From NCBI GenBank assembly GCA_001788095.1, contig MFZX01000026.1:1-47412 (forward strand): a DNA stretch of 47,412 nt. Direction: 5' to 3'. This DNA comes from Candidatus Roizmanbacteria bacterium RIFCSPHIGHO2_12_FULL_37_23 (GTDB lineage: Bacteria > Patescibacteriota > Microgenomatia > UBA1406 > HO2-37-13b). Below the pieces are notes generated by a model. It saw only the letters and a list, made by a program, of their open reading frames with translations, did not search any database and was not told the origin of the DNA. The position numbers and the translations under genes are program-made. Below, in pieces: positions 26,287 to 36,585 of this stretch (positions within the stretch are counted from its first letter, which is position 1; every line of letters begins with the position of its first letter).

Positions 26287-27091
26287 TCTTGCAATCATAA
26301 CGGTAAACCATAGCGACTACGAGAACACAAGTGAGTTTTTAGAAAGTTTAAACAATCAGTCAAAAAAGGAATTCAAAGTTTTTATTTCTGATAATTCCGA
26401 TAAAAAAAAGGATTTTTCGTATCCAACATTTACCGACGTTTCCAAAGTAGAGAATAGGGGATATGCGTATGGACTCAATGAAGGTTTACGAAAAGCATTA
26501 GATCAAGGATTTAAAAAATTTGTTTGTATAAATAACGACACGACTGTTGCTTATGATTTTGTTGAAAATGTTTTGAAAAGTCTCGACAAATATAAAAAAT
26601 CTTTAATAGGAGGAAAAATTTACTATTACAAAGGTTTTGAATATCATAAAGATCGTTACGAGAGTAAAGATTTAGGTAGGATCTTGTGGTATGCAGGAGG
26701 TAATGTAGACTGGAAAAATGCTCTAATTCGGCATAGGGGAGTTGATGAGGTTGATAAGGGTCAGTATGATTCATTTGTTGAGACAAGCTTCGTAACGGGT
26801 TGTTTGATGTGTTTTGATAAAGAGCTTTTAGATGTCGTTGGATTCATGGATGATTCGTATTTTTTATATTTTGAAGACGCAGATTGGAACGAACGCATTA
26901 AGAGAAAAGCGCTTAAATTATTTTACGATCCATCAATTATAATTTGGCATAAGAATGCCCAGTCTACACAAGGATCTGGATCAAAATTGCATGTTAGGTT
27001 TCAGGAGAAAAATCGTTTGAAATTTGGTCTAAAATACGCTCCCTTAAGAACAAAATTACACCTTCTGAAGAATGCTATAATCAAATTATGA
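26279..27091 (+). CDS. Glycosyltransferase family 2
   Basis: NRGYAYGLN, INNDT, TGCLM and YFLYFEDADW. Confidence 0.92.
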   Translation: MNNLAIITVNHSDYENTSEFLESLNNQSKKEFKVFISDNSDKKKDFSYPTFTDVSKVENRGYAYGLNEGLRKALDQGFKKFVCINNDTTVAYDFVENVLKSLDKYKKSLIGGKIYYYKGFEYHKDRYESKDLGRILWYAGGNVDWKNALIRHRGVDEVDKGQYDSFVETSFVTGCLMCFDKELLDVVGFMDDSYFLYFEDADWNERIKRKALKLFYDPSIIIWHKNAQSTQGSGSKLHVRFQEKNRLKFGLKYAPLRTKLHLLKNAIIKL

Positions 27092-27558
27092 AAATACTCC
27101 TTTCATATGGAACTAATTCCGGAGGTACGTATTTCGCTGCTGAGACGGTCAGAAAGCAAAGTGAAGAAAGAGGTCACACCGTTGATTTAAAAGAAGCTCG
27201 AGAACTTGATTCAGCATCCATTCACAACTATGATTTGACTCTATTTGGGTCTAATACGTGGTTTTATAACAACAAAGAAGGACAACCTCATTTATGGTAT
27301 TTGAATTTGGAAGAATCCTTTAAAGCAAGAGATTATATAGGTAGAAATTTTGCAATCTTCGCCTTAGGGGATTCGTCATATGCTCAATTTGCCGAATCAT
27401 CAGATTACTTGGAAAACATGATCAGAGAGCGTAATGGAGTTATAGCGTGTCCTTCATTAAAAATTGATAGATATTATAAAGATGAAAAGAAAAATCAAAA
27501 TTTCATAAAGAAGTGGACGCTGGATCTTTTAAAAGAATGTAATAAATTTTCTACGTAA
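27088..27558 (+). CDS. Flavodoxin-family protein
   Basis: YGTNSGGT FMN phosphate loop, GSNTW and FALGDSSY..F. Confidence 0.85.
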   Translation: MKILLSYGTNSGGTYFAAETVRKQSEERGHTVDLKEARELDSASIHNYDLTLFGSNTWFYNNKEGQPHLWYLNLEESFKARDYIGRNFAIFALGDSSYAQFAESSDYLENMIRERNGVIACPSLKIDRYYKDEKKNQNFIKKWTLDLLKECNKFST

Positions 27559-27560
27559 TT

Positions 27561-27731
27561 ATGAAACGCATACTAATTTCCACCCTCATTATTTCTATAA
27601 CAGCAAGTCTATTTATTCTGTTATTTGGAAGAGACTTTTTTAATATGGAGAATTTAGAGAAGAAAGAAAACAATGCAAGAGGTACCTTAAAATTTATTCA
27701 AGATGAATATTCCTCACAACCAAAAAGGTAA
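27561..27731 (+). CDS. Small 56-aa membrane-anchored protein (not in the ORF track)
   Basis: MKRILISTLIISITASLFILLFGRDFFNMENLEKKENNARGTLKFIQDEYSSQPKR*. It starts 2 nt after the flavodoxin stop and fills the gap. Confidence 0.6.
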   Translation: MKRILISTLIISITASLFILLFGRDFFNMENLEKKENNARGTLKFIQDEYSSQPKR

Positions 27732-27737
27732 TCTACA

Positions 27738-28844
27738 CTACTCTTTTAAAGATAGTCTATTTCGAATGATCAAATATACAATATTAGCTACGGCAAAAAC
27801 AATAATAATGTTGTGTTTGAGTAAAATTTTTTCCGAACTATCCCATCCCCCAAGATATACATAAGGGTAGTATGAGAGGAGTAATCCTGCAAAAAATATT
27901 TGACTTCGATGAAGCGTTTTATAGAAAAATGGGAGAAGAGCGAAATAGTTTAGGAAATACCAAGGTTGTATCTCGCTAGTAAATGATAGATAAATAACAA
28001 TAACAGTGAGTACTATAAAAGTCAAACGAGGACTGGAAAATATACTTTCATTTTTTTTGCCTGATTTATTCGTGACATCTTTAGTCTGTAGAAGAACTAG
28101 AGGTAGTGTAATATATTTAATTCCGCCAGAAGCGAGTAGTAATACCCTACTCAACACCCCCCTTTTCTCATAGAGATAATAGATACCTACAAGAGCTAAA
28201 GATACGGCGATAAGATCGTTGTGGCCGTTTATGAGTCCCTCTATTATTATAAGCGGATGGGTTGCAAAAAAAATTGCCCATGTCTTATTAAGTTTATTAA
28301 GAAAGAAGATAGATGAAAGGTAAAAACCGCAAATTAATATTTTGAAAAAAACAAAACTCAGACTAAATTTACCAAATGCAAGAAATGAAGGAATTATTGT
28401 AAGTGGTAGAAACGTTGGTCCATAAGGGTAGGTTCTATGTGTCCATTGTAGAAATCGTAGCCATTGATCATTTGGGAAGTCAAGAGCTTTAAAGAGATAG
28501 GGATTCTGACCATGGACCGTCAGAATACGAGCATCAAACATATAATTAAAGAAATCATGAGATAAGAATGGATAAGAGAGTAATAATATAATCGTGACCA
28601 CGATCCCCAACCGAACTGGATCACGTCGTTTAATGTGTTTTAGAAAAATATTATGAAATACAAATAGAGAAATGATTATCAATGTGTAAATAATTATCGA
28701 TACTCCCCTATTGTGATAACCTAGATTAACCATGAAGTTCCTGAAAGTTTCCCAAACGCTATGATTAAACAAAGTAATATTTGGATCAACAAGCGCGTAA
28801 GAGTAAATTGATACAACAGCAAGAATAAGAGAATATAAGATCAT
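27738..28844 (-). CDS. GT-C glycosyltransferase (MptA/MptB-like polyprenol-phosphosugar dependent)
   Basis: SHDFFNY, NPY, YPYGP, HPL...E...GHND, IKY and QPWY motifs. Confidence 0.82.
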   Translation of the reverse strand: MILYSLILAVVSIYSYALVDPNITLFNHSVWETFRNFMVNLGYHNRGVSIIIYTLIIISLFVFHNIFLKHIKRRDPVRLGIVVTIILLLSYPFLSHDFFNYMFDARILTVHGQNPYLFKALDFPNDQWLRFLQWTHRTYPYGPTFLPLTIIPSFLAFGKFSLSFVFFKILICGFYLSSIFFLNKLNKTWAIFFATHPLIIIEGLINGHNDLIAVSLALVGIYYLYEKRGVLSRVLLLASGGIKYITLPLVLLQTKDVTNKSGKKNESIFSSPRLTFIVLTVIVIYLSFTSEIQPWYFLNYFALLPFFYKTLHRSQIFFAGLLLSYYPYVYLGGWDSSEKILLKHNIIIVFAVANIVYLIIRNRLSLKE

Positions 28845-28901
28845 ATAAGTGTGTTATAATCGAGGTGACAAAAGGAAAATAAACCTAATTCTGCAATCAG
28901 T

Positions 28902-30392
28902 ATGAATAAAAAGATTGTGCTTCTCATTCTATTCTTTGCTCTTTTTAGCTATTTTAGACTAAAACCAATTTATTTACAAACAGTTCCCTATACATTTGAC
29001 CAGGGTAGGGATTTTCTTAAAACAATAGAAATTGTCAGAGATAGAAATTTAACGCTTATTGGGCCGACAACAGGAGCCGCAGGTGTCTTCCATGGTGCGT
29101 GGTGGTACTATTATCTTTCTATTCCCCACATTTTATTCCAGGGACATCCGTTAGGATATTATGTCTTTATATACTTAACACTTCTTGTGCAGGTTATTCT
29201 TTTCTATGTATTTCTTGATGAAAAATTTCATCCACACATTGCGCTATTTTTTCTCATGTTAATGATCGCTTCTCCTTATTTCATAACAACATCGATTTTT
29301 GCAATTAATAGTATTCTGACGCTTCCATTTATATTGCTGTTTTTTTATTCAGTATATTCATATTTGGAAAAAAATAGACTTAAATATCTTTTAGGGGTAA
29401 CAATAAGCATAGGCATGATCCTTGAAGCAGAATTGGCTTTTGGAGTATTTCTAGTTCCTGCGTTTCTCCTTACTCTTATTAGTATTAGAAAACTCAAATA
29501 CTTTTTTGGATCAAAAAATAAACTTATTTTGGGAGTTTTTGGATTTTTGCTCGCAATATTTCCGCGTATATTATTCGAGCTTAAGAATGATTTTTTCCAA
29601 ACACGTTCGATTTTAAATTTCTCTAAAAATCCTGGAACAAATCCCGTCACACTCCAAGGAGCTATATTAGACAGACTGCGACTTTTTAAAGATTTTTATA
29701 TTCAGATTTTCCCTCAGGGTAATGAGTTAATAGGTTATTCTATTGGTTTGTTAGCGATTGTTGGTTTAGTTCTAGGATATAAAAAACTTAAAAACATTCA
29801 TCAACGTTTTTTTATGTTCATTACCATTATTCTAGGTTGGCTTTTTCTTATATCTCTCCTCTATAGAAATAACTTCTTTTGGGCAAATTACTTGGAAGGG
29901 TTACCCTATTTCTTCATAATACTTGTACTATTTGGTTTATTTGGATTATCTAAATCATCAATTCCCTTTGCACGTAAGATATTATTACTATTATCGAGTC
30001 TGTTTATTATGATGTCTGTGTATTTAATTCAATCAGATATAGTCAAAAATGAAGAGGTTCCTACGATTGGATTACGCATGCAAAGTACGGCAATTGCTTA
30101 TATTTATAATAGAGTTGGTCAGAATAAATTTTGTTTAAAGATTTATACTCCACCTGTTCTTACTTATACGTACGATTACATAATTGATTATTACGTAACA
30201 CATAAGGGAGTAAAGAATCCACAATCTACGTTTATAAAACATCGGTGTTGGTATATCATTGAAAGAGATGATTATGCTGAACGATTAGCGAAATGGAGAA
30301 CAGATCAGATTCCTGAAAAATCTGCAATGATTGAGAGCAGAAAGATTAGCAAAGACGCAACTGTAGAATTATGGGAAATAAAAACAAAGTAG
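28902..30392 (+). CDS. ArnT/PMT-family (GT-C) glycosyltransferase
   Basis: FDQGRD, LIGP, GAWWYY and multi-TM topology; paralogous in motifs to 16773..18245. Confidence 0.85.
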   Translation: MNKKIVLLILFFALFSYFRLKPIYLQTVPYTFDQGRDFLKTIEIVRDRNLTLIGPTTGAAGVFHGAWWYYYLSIPHILFQGHPLGYYVFIYLTLLVQVILFYVFLDEKFHPHIALFFLMLMIASPYFITTSIFAINSILTLPFILLFFYSVYSYLEKNRLKYLLGVTISIGMILEAELAFGVFLVPAFLLTLISIRKLKYFFGSKNKLILGVFGFLLAIFPRILFELKNDFFQTRSILNFSKNPGTNPVTLQGAILDRLRLFKDFYIQIFPQGNELIGYSIGLLAIVGLVLGYKKLKNIHQRFFMFITIILGWLFLISLLYRNNFFWANYLEGLPYFFIILVLFGLFGLSKSSIPFARKILLLLSSLFIMMSVYLIQSDIVKNEEVPTIGLRMQSTAIAYIYNRVGQNKFCLKIYTPPVLTYTYDYIIDYYVTHKGVKNPQSTFIKHRCWYIIERDDYAERLAKWRTDQIPEKSAMIESRKISKDATVELWEIKTK

Positions 30393-31147
30393 CAGTCATT
30401 ATTACAACTTATAATGAAGAGAATAACATCCGAGAATGTGTTCGTAGTGCCAAACATCTTACAGATAATATTATTGTTATTGACACTACAAGTACTGATC
30501 AAACGGTAAGTATTGCACAAGAACTCAAATGTAAAATAATACAGTATCCATATACAGTCTATGTCGAACCAACAAGAGATTTTGCTTTACAACAAACTGA
30601 CGCCGAATGGGTATTTATACTTGATGCTGACGAACGAATAACGCCGAAGTTAGCGGTTGAAGTTCTAAACACGATTACATCTACAAACAAAACTCACTAT
30701 AAAATATTACGTCAAAATATTTTTGCAAAAACCAAATGGCTTAAACATGGAGGATGGTATCCTGATTATATTATTCGACTCATAAGAAAAGACGCATTTC
30801 TCCAATGGCCAAAAGAAATTCATTCAACCCCAAGAATAAAAGGAGAGATGGGTTATCTCAAAGAACCTCTGGTTCATGAATTTCATTCTAGTCTTGAAAG
30901 CATGGTAGAGAAAACAATAATATTCGAAAATGTTGAATCAAATCTGCTTTTTAAAGCAAAAAGAAAGTCAGGGATATTGATTTTTCTTAGGAAATTTTTA
31001 GGAGAATTATACCGTCGGTTTGTAAAATGGGGAGGGTTTCTTGATGGAACTCCTGGAATAATTGAATCATTGTATCAAGCTTATTCAAAAACAATTACAT
31101 ACCTTATGCTTTATGAAAAAACTAAAAGGAAAAGTACTACTATATAG
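30371..31147 (+). CDS. Glycosyltransferase family 2 (WaaE/KdtX-like)
   Basis: YNEENNI, WVFILDADE, HGGWYPD and IH motifs. Confidence 0.92.
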   Translation: MGNKNKVAVIITTYNEENNIRECVRSAKHLTDNIIVIDTTSTDQTVSIAQELKCKIIQYPYTVYVEPTRDFALQQTDAEWVFILDADERITPKLAVEVLNTITSTNKTHYKILRQNIFAKTKWLKHGGWYPDYIIRLIRKDAFLQWPKEIHSTPRIKGEMGYLKEPLVHEFHSSLESMVEKTIIFENVESNLLFKAKRKSGILIFLRKFLGELYRRFVKWGGFLDGTPGIIESLYQAYSKTITYLMLYEKTKRKSTTI

Positions 31148-32207
31148 TCCATATATTGATATTCTGGGTGGTGGAGAGAGACATATTCTTTCTATACTTC
31201 AAGTATTTGATAAACGAAATTATTCAATCGATATCGCATGGAATGATAAGAGCATTAAGCATAAAATCTCGCAACGACTCAATTTAAATTTTAAAAATCT
31301 GCGTATTATTCCGAATTTTTTTCTAAAACAAAATAAATTTGCGAAAATACTAAATACATTTAAATATGACTATTTTTTTTATGTAACCGATGGAAGTTAT
31401 TTCATTTCTCGTGCTCGCCATAATTATATATACGCTATGTACCCCCAAAAAAGCATCTATAATATGAAATTTCTAAATAGACTCAAACTTTTTAATTACT
31501 CCGTCTTTACGACTAGTGAGTTTGCAGCGAAATACGTTGATAGGTGGTTTGGGAAAAAGCCTAAAGTTATACATCCGTATATTGATGAGGCTTTTTTCAA
31601 GATTAGAGAGCGACATCGTAAAAAAGAGAAGATAATATTAAGTGTAGGACGTTTTTTTGAACATCTTCATTCTAAAAGACACGATATCACAATTAGAGCA
31701 TTTAGAAAATTAAAGGATAGCGATCCACGTTTTAAAGATTTTAATTTAATAATTGCAGGAGGGTTGAAAGAAGGCGAAGAGAAAGAATCGTTAGTAAAAA
31801 TTAAGAACCTGATAAAAAATAAAAAAGATATTAAGGTAAAAACAAACTTATCATTTAAAGACCTTTTAGCATTATATGCTAAAGCACTTATTTATTGGCA
31901 CGCTGCTGGATATGGTATTAATGAACAAAAAGAGCCACAAAAAGTTGAACATTTCGGAATAACTCCATTCGAAGCTATGGCAGCAGGATGTATTGTTTTT
32001 TGTAATAACTCAGGAGGTCCAAAACAGTTGATAACCGACGGGCTAAATGGATATTTATATAACACGATTGACGAGCTAATCACAAAGACAAGTAATGTAA
32101 TGGTGAAGGATGAAAAGAAGCTCCTTAGAGAGTCTTATTTATTTGCTAAAAAGAATTTTTCATATAAAGTGTTTGAAGAAAATGTTGTTGATTTTTTCAA
32201 GATCTGA
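31113..32207 (+). CDS. Glycosyltransferase family 4
   Basis: LGGGERH, SVGRFF...SKRH and EHFGITPFEAMAAG. Start set to the ATG at 31113. Confidence 0.92.
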   Translation: MKKLKGKVLLYSPYIDILGGGERHILSILQVFDKRNYSIDIAWNDKSIKHKISQRLNLNFKNLRIIPNFFLKQNKFAKILNTFKYDYFFYVTDGSYFISRARHNYIYAMYPQKSIYNMKFLNRLKLFNYSVFTTSEFAAKYVDRWFGKKPKVIHPYIDEAFFKIRERHRKKEKIILSVGRFFEHLHSKRHDITIRAFRKLKDSDPRFKDFNLIIAGGLKEGEEKESLVKIKNLIKNKKDIKVKTNLSFKDLLALYAKALIYWHAAGYGINEQKEPQKVEHFGITPFEAMAAGCIVFCNNSGGPKQLITDGLNGYLYNTIDELITKTSNVMVKDEKKLLRESYLFAKKNFSYKVFEENVVDFFKI

Positions 32208-32209
32208 AT

Positions 32210-33115
32210 ATGCGTATATCGATCATCATTCCTGTATATAAAAACAAAGAACTTTTTCTGCATAATTTTAAACTTAATTATCCACTACTAAAAAAGGACG
32301 AAATAATTATTATTGATGATGCTTCACAAGAAAATCTTGCTCCAGATGTAACAAAAATTGGCAAGAACATACAGATAATAGAGAATCATGAAAATCTTGG
32401 ATTTTCAAAATCTGTAAATATTGCATCCAAACAAGCTAACGGAGATATTATCGTACTACTTAATTCAGATGTGAGACTTCAGGAGAAATTCCAGGATCAG
32501 ATTATCAAGCATTTCAAGCAGGATGAAGACTTATGTGCAGTGAGCTTCCTTCAGATAGAGAAGAATGGAAAAAGCGTCGGAAAAAATATCATAGGATTTT
32601 CAAAAGGTCTTCCCTATCATAACGAGGCCAAGAATTTTAAGTTGGGTATAAATGCTTGGGCAGAAGGAGGATCATGCGCCATAAGAAAGAAATACTGGAA
32701 TTCATTGGGAGGCTTTAATCAGTTGTATACGCCGTTTTATTGGGAAGATATTGATTTTTCATATAGAGCACATGCGCGAGGATGGAAGATAATTTTTGAT
32801 CCGGAGATTATAGTTCAACATCATCATGAATCAACAATCAAGAAATATTTCAGTGAGAACTTCATTAAAACGATTGCGTATCGAAATCAACTCATCTTTA
32901 CGTGGTCAAATATTACTGATGTGTCACTAACATTGCAACACATCTTATTTCTTCCATATCACATTTTAAGACTTACTTTAAAAGGGGAAAGAGCCTTTCT
33001 TATTGGTCTTTTGCGTGCCATCATTATGATTCCACAAATTTATGCTATAAGAAATAAATTTATAACACAAAGAGTAGTGACTGATGTAGAATTGCTTAAG
33101 TTACTCAATAATTAA
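32210..33115 (+). CDS. Glycosyltransferase family 2
   Basis: DDAS, NLGFSKSVN, LLNSDV and PFYWEDIDFS. Confidence 0.92.
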   Translation: MRISIIIPVYKNKELFLHNFKLNYPLLKKDEIIIIDDASQENLAPDVTKIGKNIQIIENHENLGFSKSVNIASKQANGDIIVLLNSDVRLQEKFQDQIIKHFKQDEDLCAVSFLQIEKNGKSVGKNIIGFSKGLPYHNEAKNFKLGINAWAEGGSCAIRKKYWNSLGGFNQLYTPFYWEDIDFSYRAHARGWKIIFDPEIIVQHHHESTIKKYFSENFIKTIAYRNQLIFTWSNITDVSLTLQHILFLPYHILRLTLKGERAFLIGLLRAIIMIPQIYAIRNKFITQRVVTDVELLKLLNN

Positions 33116-33119
33116 AAGA

Positions 33120-34736
33120 ATGGGTAAGAACTTATCTAAAATTATACTTATCGTATGTATTTTTTTATCAATATTTTTTAATTTCTACAAACAGAACGAT
33201 GTTCCAGGATGCTTAAATGCAGATGAAGCAGCATTTGGTTACAACGCCTATTCCATCTTAAAAACAGGCAGAGATGAATTCGGGGCATTTCTACCACTCC
33301 GATTACAGTCGTTTAATGATTTTAAATTACCACTCTATTCATATCTTTCAATTCCTTTTATTGCATTTGGTGGTTTAGATATCTTTTCCACAAGACTGCT
33401 TAATAAACTCATAGGTATATTATTTGTACCGCTTGTTTATCTGGTTGTTTATGAAATTTCTAAGAAAAAAAAGATTGCGCTTATCGCAAGTTTTTTAACT
33501 GCAATCTCCCCTTGGATTATGATCTTATCTCGACAAGCTCATGAAGGAGTTTTAAGTGCTTTTTTTGTACTCTTAGCAGTTTACTTCATTATAAAATTCG
33601 AAAACGGTTTTGAAATACGAAGTCTCTTATTTGCCAATGGATCGTTGATACTATCTGCATTTTCCTATCATACGGGAAGAATATTTCTTGTTGGGCTTGT
33701 TTTATATCAGTCGTGGCTTTTCTTAAAAAGATTCAAGGATGAAAAGAAAACTCAATTAATGAGGTTTGGTGCAGTTGTTTTAATTTTGACATTCATGACC
33801 CCCTTTTTAATTGATGGGTTATATGGTGCAAATAGAGTAAAAAGTCTACTCTTTTTCCAGAGAAGTGGATTTCAACAACAACTCGATGAGTATTTAAACG
33901 AGCATCCTAATAGAATTATGCATAATAAAGGAACGGCCTCGATACAGGATGTCACTATACGTTATCTTTCTCAGTTTTCGACCGACTTTTTTATTCGTTT
34001 CGGAGATACAAATCCACGTTTTGGATTTGAAAGATTAAGTTTAATCACTCCAGTTGAGTATATTTTTTTACTTATTGGACTTTATTATCTTTTTAAACAT
34101 AATGCAAAATTCAAAGGATTAATATTATTGTTGATTCTTATTACACCCCTTGGGAATGCTCTTACCTGGCAAGAGAATTCCCTTGCTAGAACATATTTTT
34201 TGATATTTCCGATAATATTTGTTGTGGCTTATGGAGCGTATTCATTCTATAAACAAAAAACACATCCGAACATTAAAATTTTTCTCTTAATAAGCACAAG
34301 CTTCATGTTTCTCTTCTATCTGGTAAATACTTGGGATCTTTATTTAAACCATTATTTCAAAAGAGCTCTTGTAACAAGAGCATGGCAATGTGGCTATAAA
34401 GAGCTTACAACATATATAAATAATCGATATGAAAATTTTGATAAAGTTTACATTACAAAAAAACACGGTCAACCTTATATCTTCCTTCTATTTTTTAATC
34501 AATTTCCTCCTGATTCATACTGGCTGAGTGCTACAAAATCAGAACCAGACGAATATGGTTTCACGCAGGTAGAAGGATTTGATAAATTCATTTTCGATAT
34601 GCCGCAAGACCTACGACAAGAGAAGATAGTTGTTATTGGTTACCCAGACGACTTTCAAGATGCCAATCTAAACGGTGACAAAATCCATAAAGTCATGTAT
34701 GGTCATGAAGAAATGTTTTGGATCTATCAGGAGTAA
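33120..34736 (+). CDS. ArnT/PMT-family (GT-C) glycosyltransferase
   Basis: DEAAFGYNAYSILKTGRDE.G..LP...SF.DFK.P and SPW...SR...E motifs. Confidence 0.88.
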   Translation: MGKNLSKIILIVCIFLSIFFNFYKQNDVPGCLNADEAAFGYNAYSILKTGRDEFGAFLPLRLQSFNDFKLPLYSYLSIPFIAFGGLDIFSTRLLNKLIGILFVPLVYLVVYEISKKKKIALIASFLTAISPWIMILSRQAHEGVLSAFFVLLAVYFIIKFENGFEIRSLLFANGSLILSAFSYHTGRIFLVGLVLYQSWLFLKRFKDEKKTQLMRFGAVVLILTFMTPFLIDGLYGANRVKSLLFFQRSGFQQQLDEYLNEHPNRIMHNKGTASIQDVTIRYLSQFSTDFFIRFGDTNPRFGFERLSLITPVEYIFLLIGLYYLFKHNAKFKGLILLLILITPLGNALTWQENSLARTYFLIFPIIFVVAYGAYSFYKQKTHPNIKIFLLISTSFMFLFYLVNTWDLYLNHYFKRALVTRAWQCGYKELTTYINNRYENFDKVYITKKHGQPYIFLLFFNQFPPDSYWLSATKSEPDEYGFTQVEGFDKFIFDMPQDLRQEKIVVIGYPDDFQDANLNGDKIHKVMYGHEEMFWIYQE

Positions 34737-34742
34737 TTGTGC

Positions 34743-35396
34743 TTATATATACAAAAGAATCGCAATATTATAAAACGCATGAATAAGAATCGGAGCAAGT
34801 AAGCTTTTTCTATCTAAATAAATAAAAGAATTCACAAGACTCAAAATAAAATCAGTAGCTAAGAAAAGTAATAAAAGCGAACCGGAAAGACCAGGGATGG
34901 TAAAAAGAATTGGTATATGCAAAATGAGAAACAGAATACTTGCCAAAAATGAAGAACTATACATGTTTTTTGAATCTTCATATAATCGTTTTAATATAAA
35001 TCCTCGTGATAGGATTTCCTCAGAGATCGATGTAGCAAATGGAATTAATAATACGATGAGAAATTTATTACTAAAGAATTCTTTTGCGAACTGAAAATCA
35101 CCATAGCGTGCATAATTGGCAAAGAGTGCTGAGCTTGCAAAAACTCCTCCGAGGAAGAGACTGATATAGATATCACCGAGCGAGTTATGAATTTTTAACC
35201 AAATTTGTTGGAGGAAAGGTTTTTGCTCAAACTTTTTAATAAAAATATACACTGGTAAAATAAAAACAACGGGTTTTGCGATAAATTCATCAAACCATTC
35301 AGGTAGTAGTACCTTGGTTCTATAAACGCTCCATATGATAAGTATTATTGCCCATACATTGAGTACTTGCTGAAGAGGTGATATGTTTTTTGACAT
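34743..35396 (-). CDS. CPBP (Abi/CAAX) intramembrane metalloprotease
   Basis: SEEILSRG, F...HIP and H..YN motifs. Start set to the ATG at 35396. Confidence 0.88.
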   Translation of the reverse strand: MSKNISPLQQVLNVWAIILIIWSVYRTKVLLPEWFDEFIAKPVVFILPVYIFIKKFEQKPFLQQIWLKIHNSLGDIYISLFLGGVFASSALFANYARYGDFQFAKEFFSNKFLIVLLIPFATSISEEILSRGFILKRLYEDSKNMYSSSFLASILFLILHIPILFTIPGLSGSLLLLFLATDFILSLVNSFIYLDRKSLLAPILIHAFYNIAILLYI

Positions 35397-35437
35397 GATA
35401 GTGTTATTTAAGATAGTACGCTCTTTATATCCTAAAA

Positions 35438-36583
35438 TCAAGCTTTTGCAGAATTATTCCAGATTATATAGTTATACATAACATAGGAATATGGAATGAT
35501 AAGAAATGCAATAATAAACATTTTATAAATGATCCATGAGGGAATAGAAAAAATTGCTACACGTAACATCTTATCTCCGAAGATGTGTAATGTAACAAAC
35601 ATACCAAACCATTGTATAAGAATCGAGCCAGAAGATATTACATTGAAATGAGTAAATTTTGAAATGTATGAATATGTTGAATGATCTATTTTTTTATGAC
35701 TAAAGCTCCAAAAATTATTCAAAACAAAATTGGATACGATAGCAATTTCAGCACTTATTGCATTAGCATGAGGCTTAAACATGTCGAAGGTAGTTATGAG
35801 TAATACAGCAATACTGAAGTCTATTACAAAACCAACAAGACCTACAATGACAAATTTTATAAAAGGGGAATTAGATACGATATATGATATTGATTCCAAA
35901 ATGTACTTTGATGGATTAAATTTAGATGAGCCCTCAAATCGTTCAATAAACTGCAGTGGTACTTCTACTATTTTAAGACCTTTTTTTCTAGCTTTATCAA
36001 GCAGTGCTATTTGAAATACATAACCGTTATATCCATGCATGTCACTTATTATTTCCTTTAAAAAGGATGATTTCATTGCTCTAAAACCAGATGTCCAATC
36101 ATGTACGCTTATACTCATGAAGCCAAACCGCGCGATGAGATTCCCCATAATGGAATAAAATTTTCGATCTGCGGTCCATTGCTCAGGAATAGAACCACCT
36201 CTTATATATCTGGATCCAATGACAAAATCAGCCCCCTTTTCTAGTGCGGTCAGAAATTTTGGAATAAGATCGGGTGGATGCTGACAATCTGCATCCATTT
36301 CAAATATGACATCAGCATGCACCTGTTTGAGAGCATAGGTGAAACCCCTAACATATGCAGTGCCTAATCCTTGTTTCTCTCCTTCGATAAGGTGAAGATT
36401 CTTGAATTTTTTTTGAAGTTTACGAATTTCCTGAGAAGTGCCATCTGGGGATTTATCGTCGACAACGAGAATATGAACATCCCACTTTTCAGACGCTCGA
36501 GTTAAAGTAAATATTTGAGGGATTAAAACTTTGACATTTTCTTTCTCATTATACGTTGGTAAAACAATGATTGCTTTTTTCAT
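35438..36583 (-). CDS. Polyprenol-monophosphomannose synthase-like GT2 fused to a GtrA flippase domain
   Basis: PTYNE, DD.SPDGT, GLG.AY..G, EMDAD.QH and D.TSGFR; C-terminal KF..VG...F..D...NF..NN.WSF. Confidence 0.9.
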   Translation of the reverse strand: MKKAIIVLPTYNEKENVKVLIPQIFTLTRASEKWDVHILVVDDKSPDGTSQEIRKLQKKFKNLHLIEGEKQGLGTAYVRGFTYALKQVHADVIFEMDADCQHPPDLIPKFLTALEKGADFVIGSRYIRGGSIPEQWTADRKFYSIMGNLIARFGFMSISVHDWTSGFRAMKSSFLKEIISDMHGYNGYVFQIALLDKARKKGLKIVEVPLQFIERFEGSSKFNPSKYILESISYIVSNSPFIKFVIVGLVGFVIDFSIAVLLITTFDMFKPHANAISAEIAIVSNFVLNNFWSFSHKKIDHSTYSYISKFTHFNVISSGSILIQWFGMFVTLHIFGDKMLRVAIFSIPSWIIYKMFIIAFLIIPYSYVMYNYIIWNNSAKA

Positions 36584-36585
36584 AT

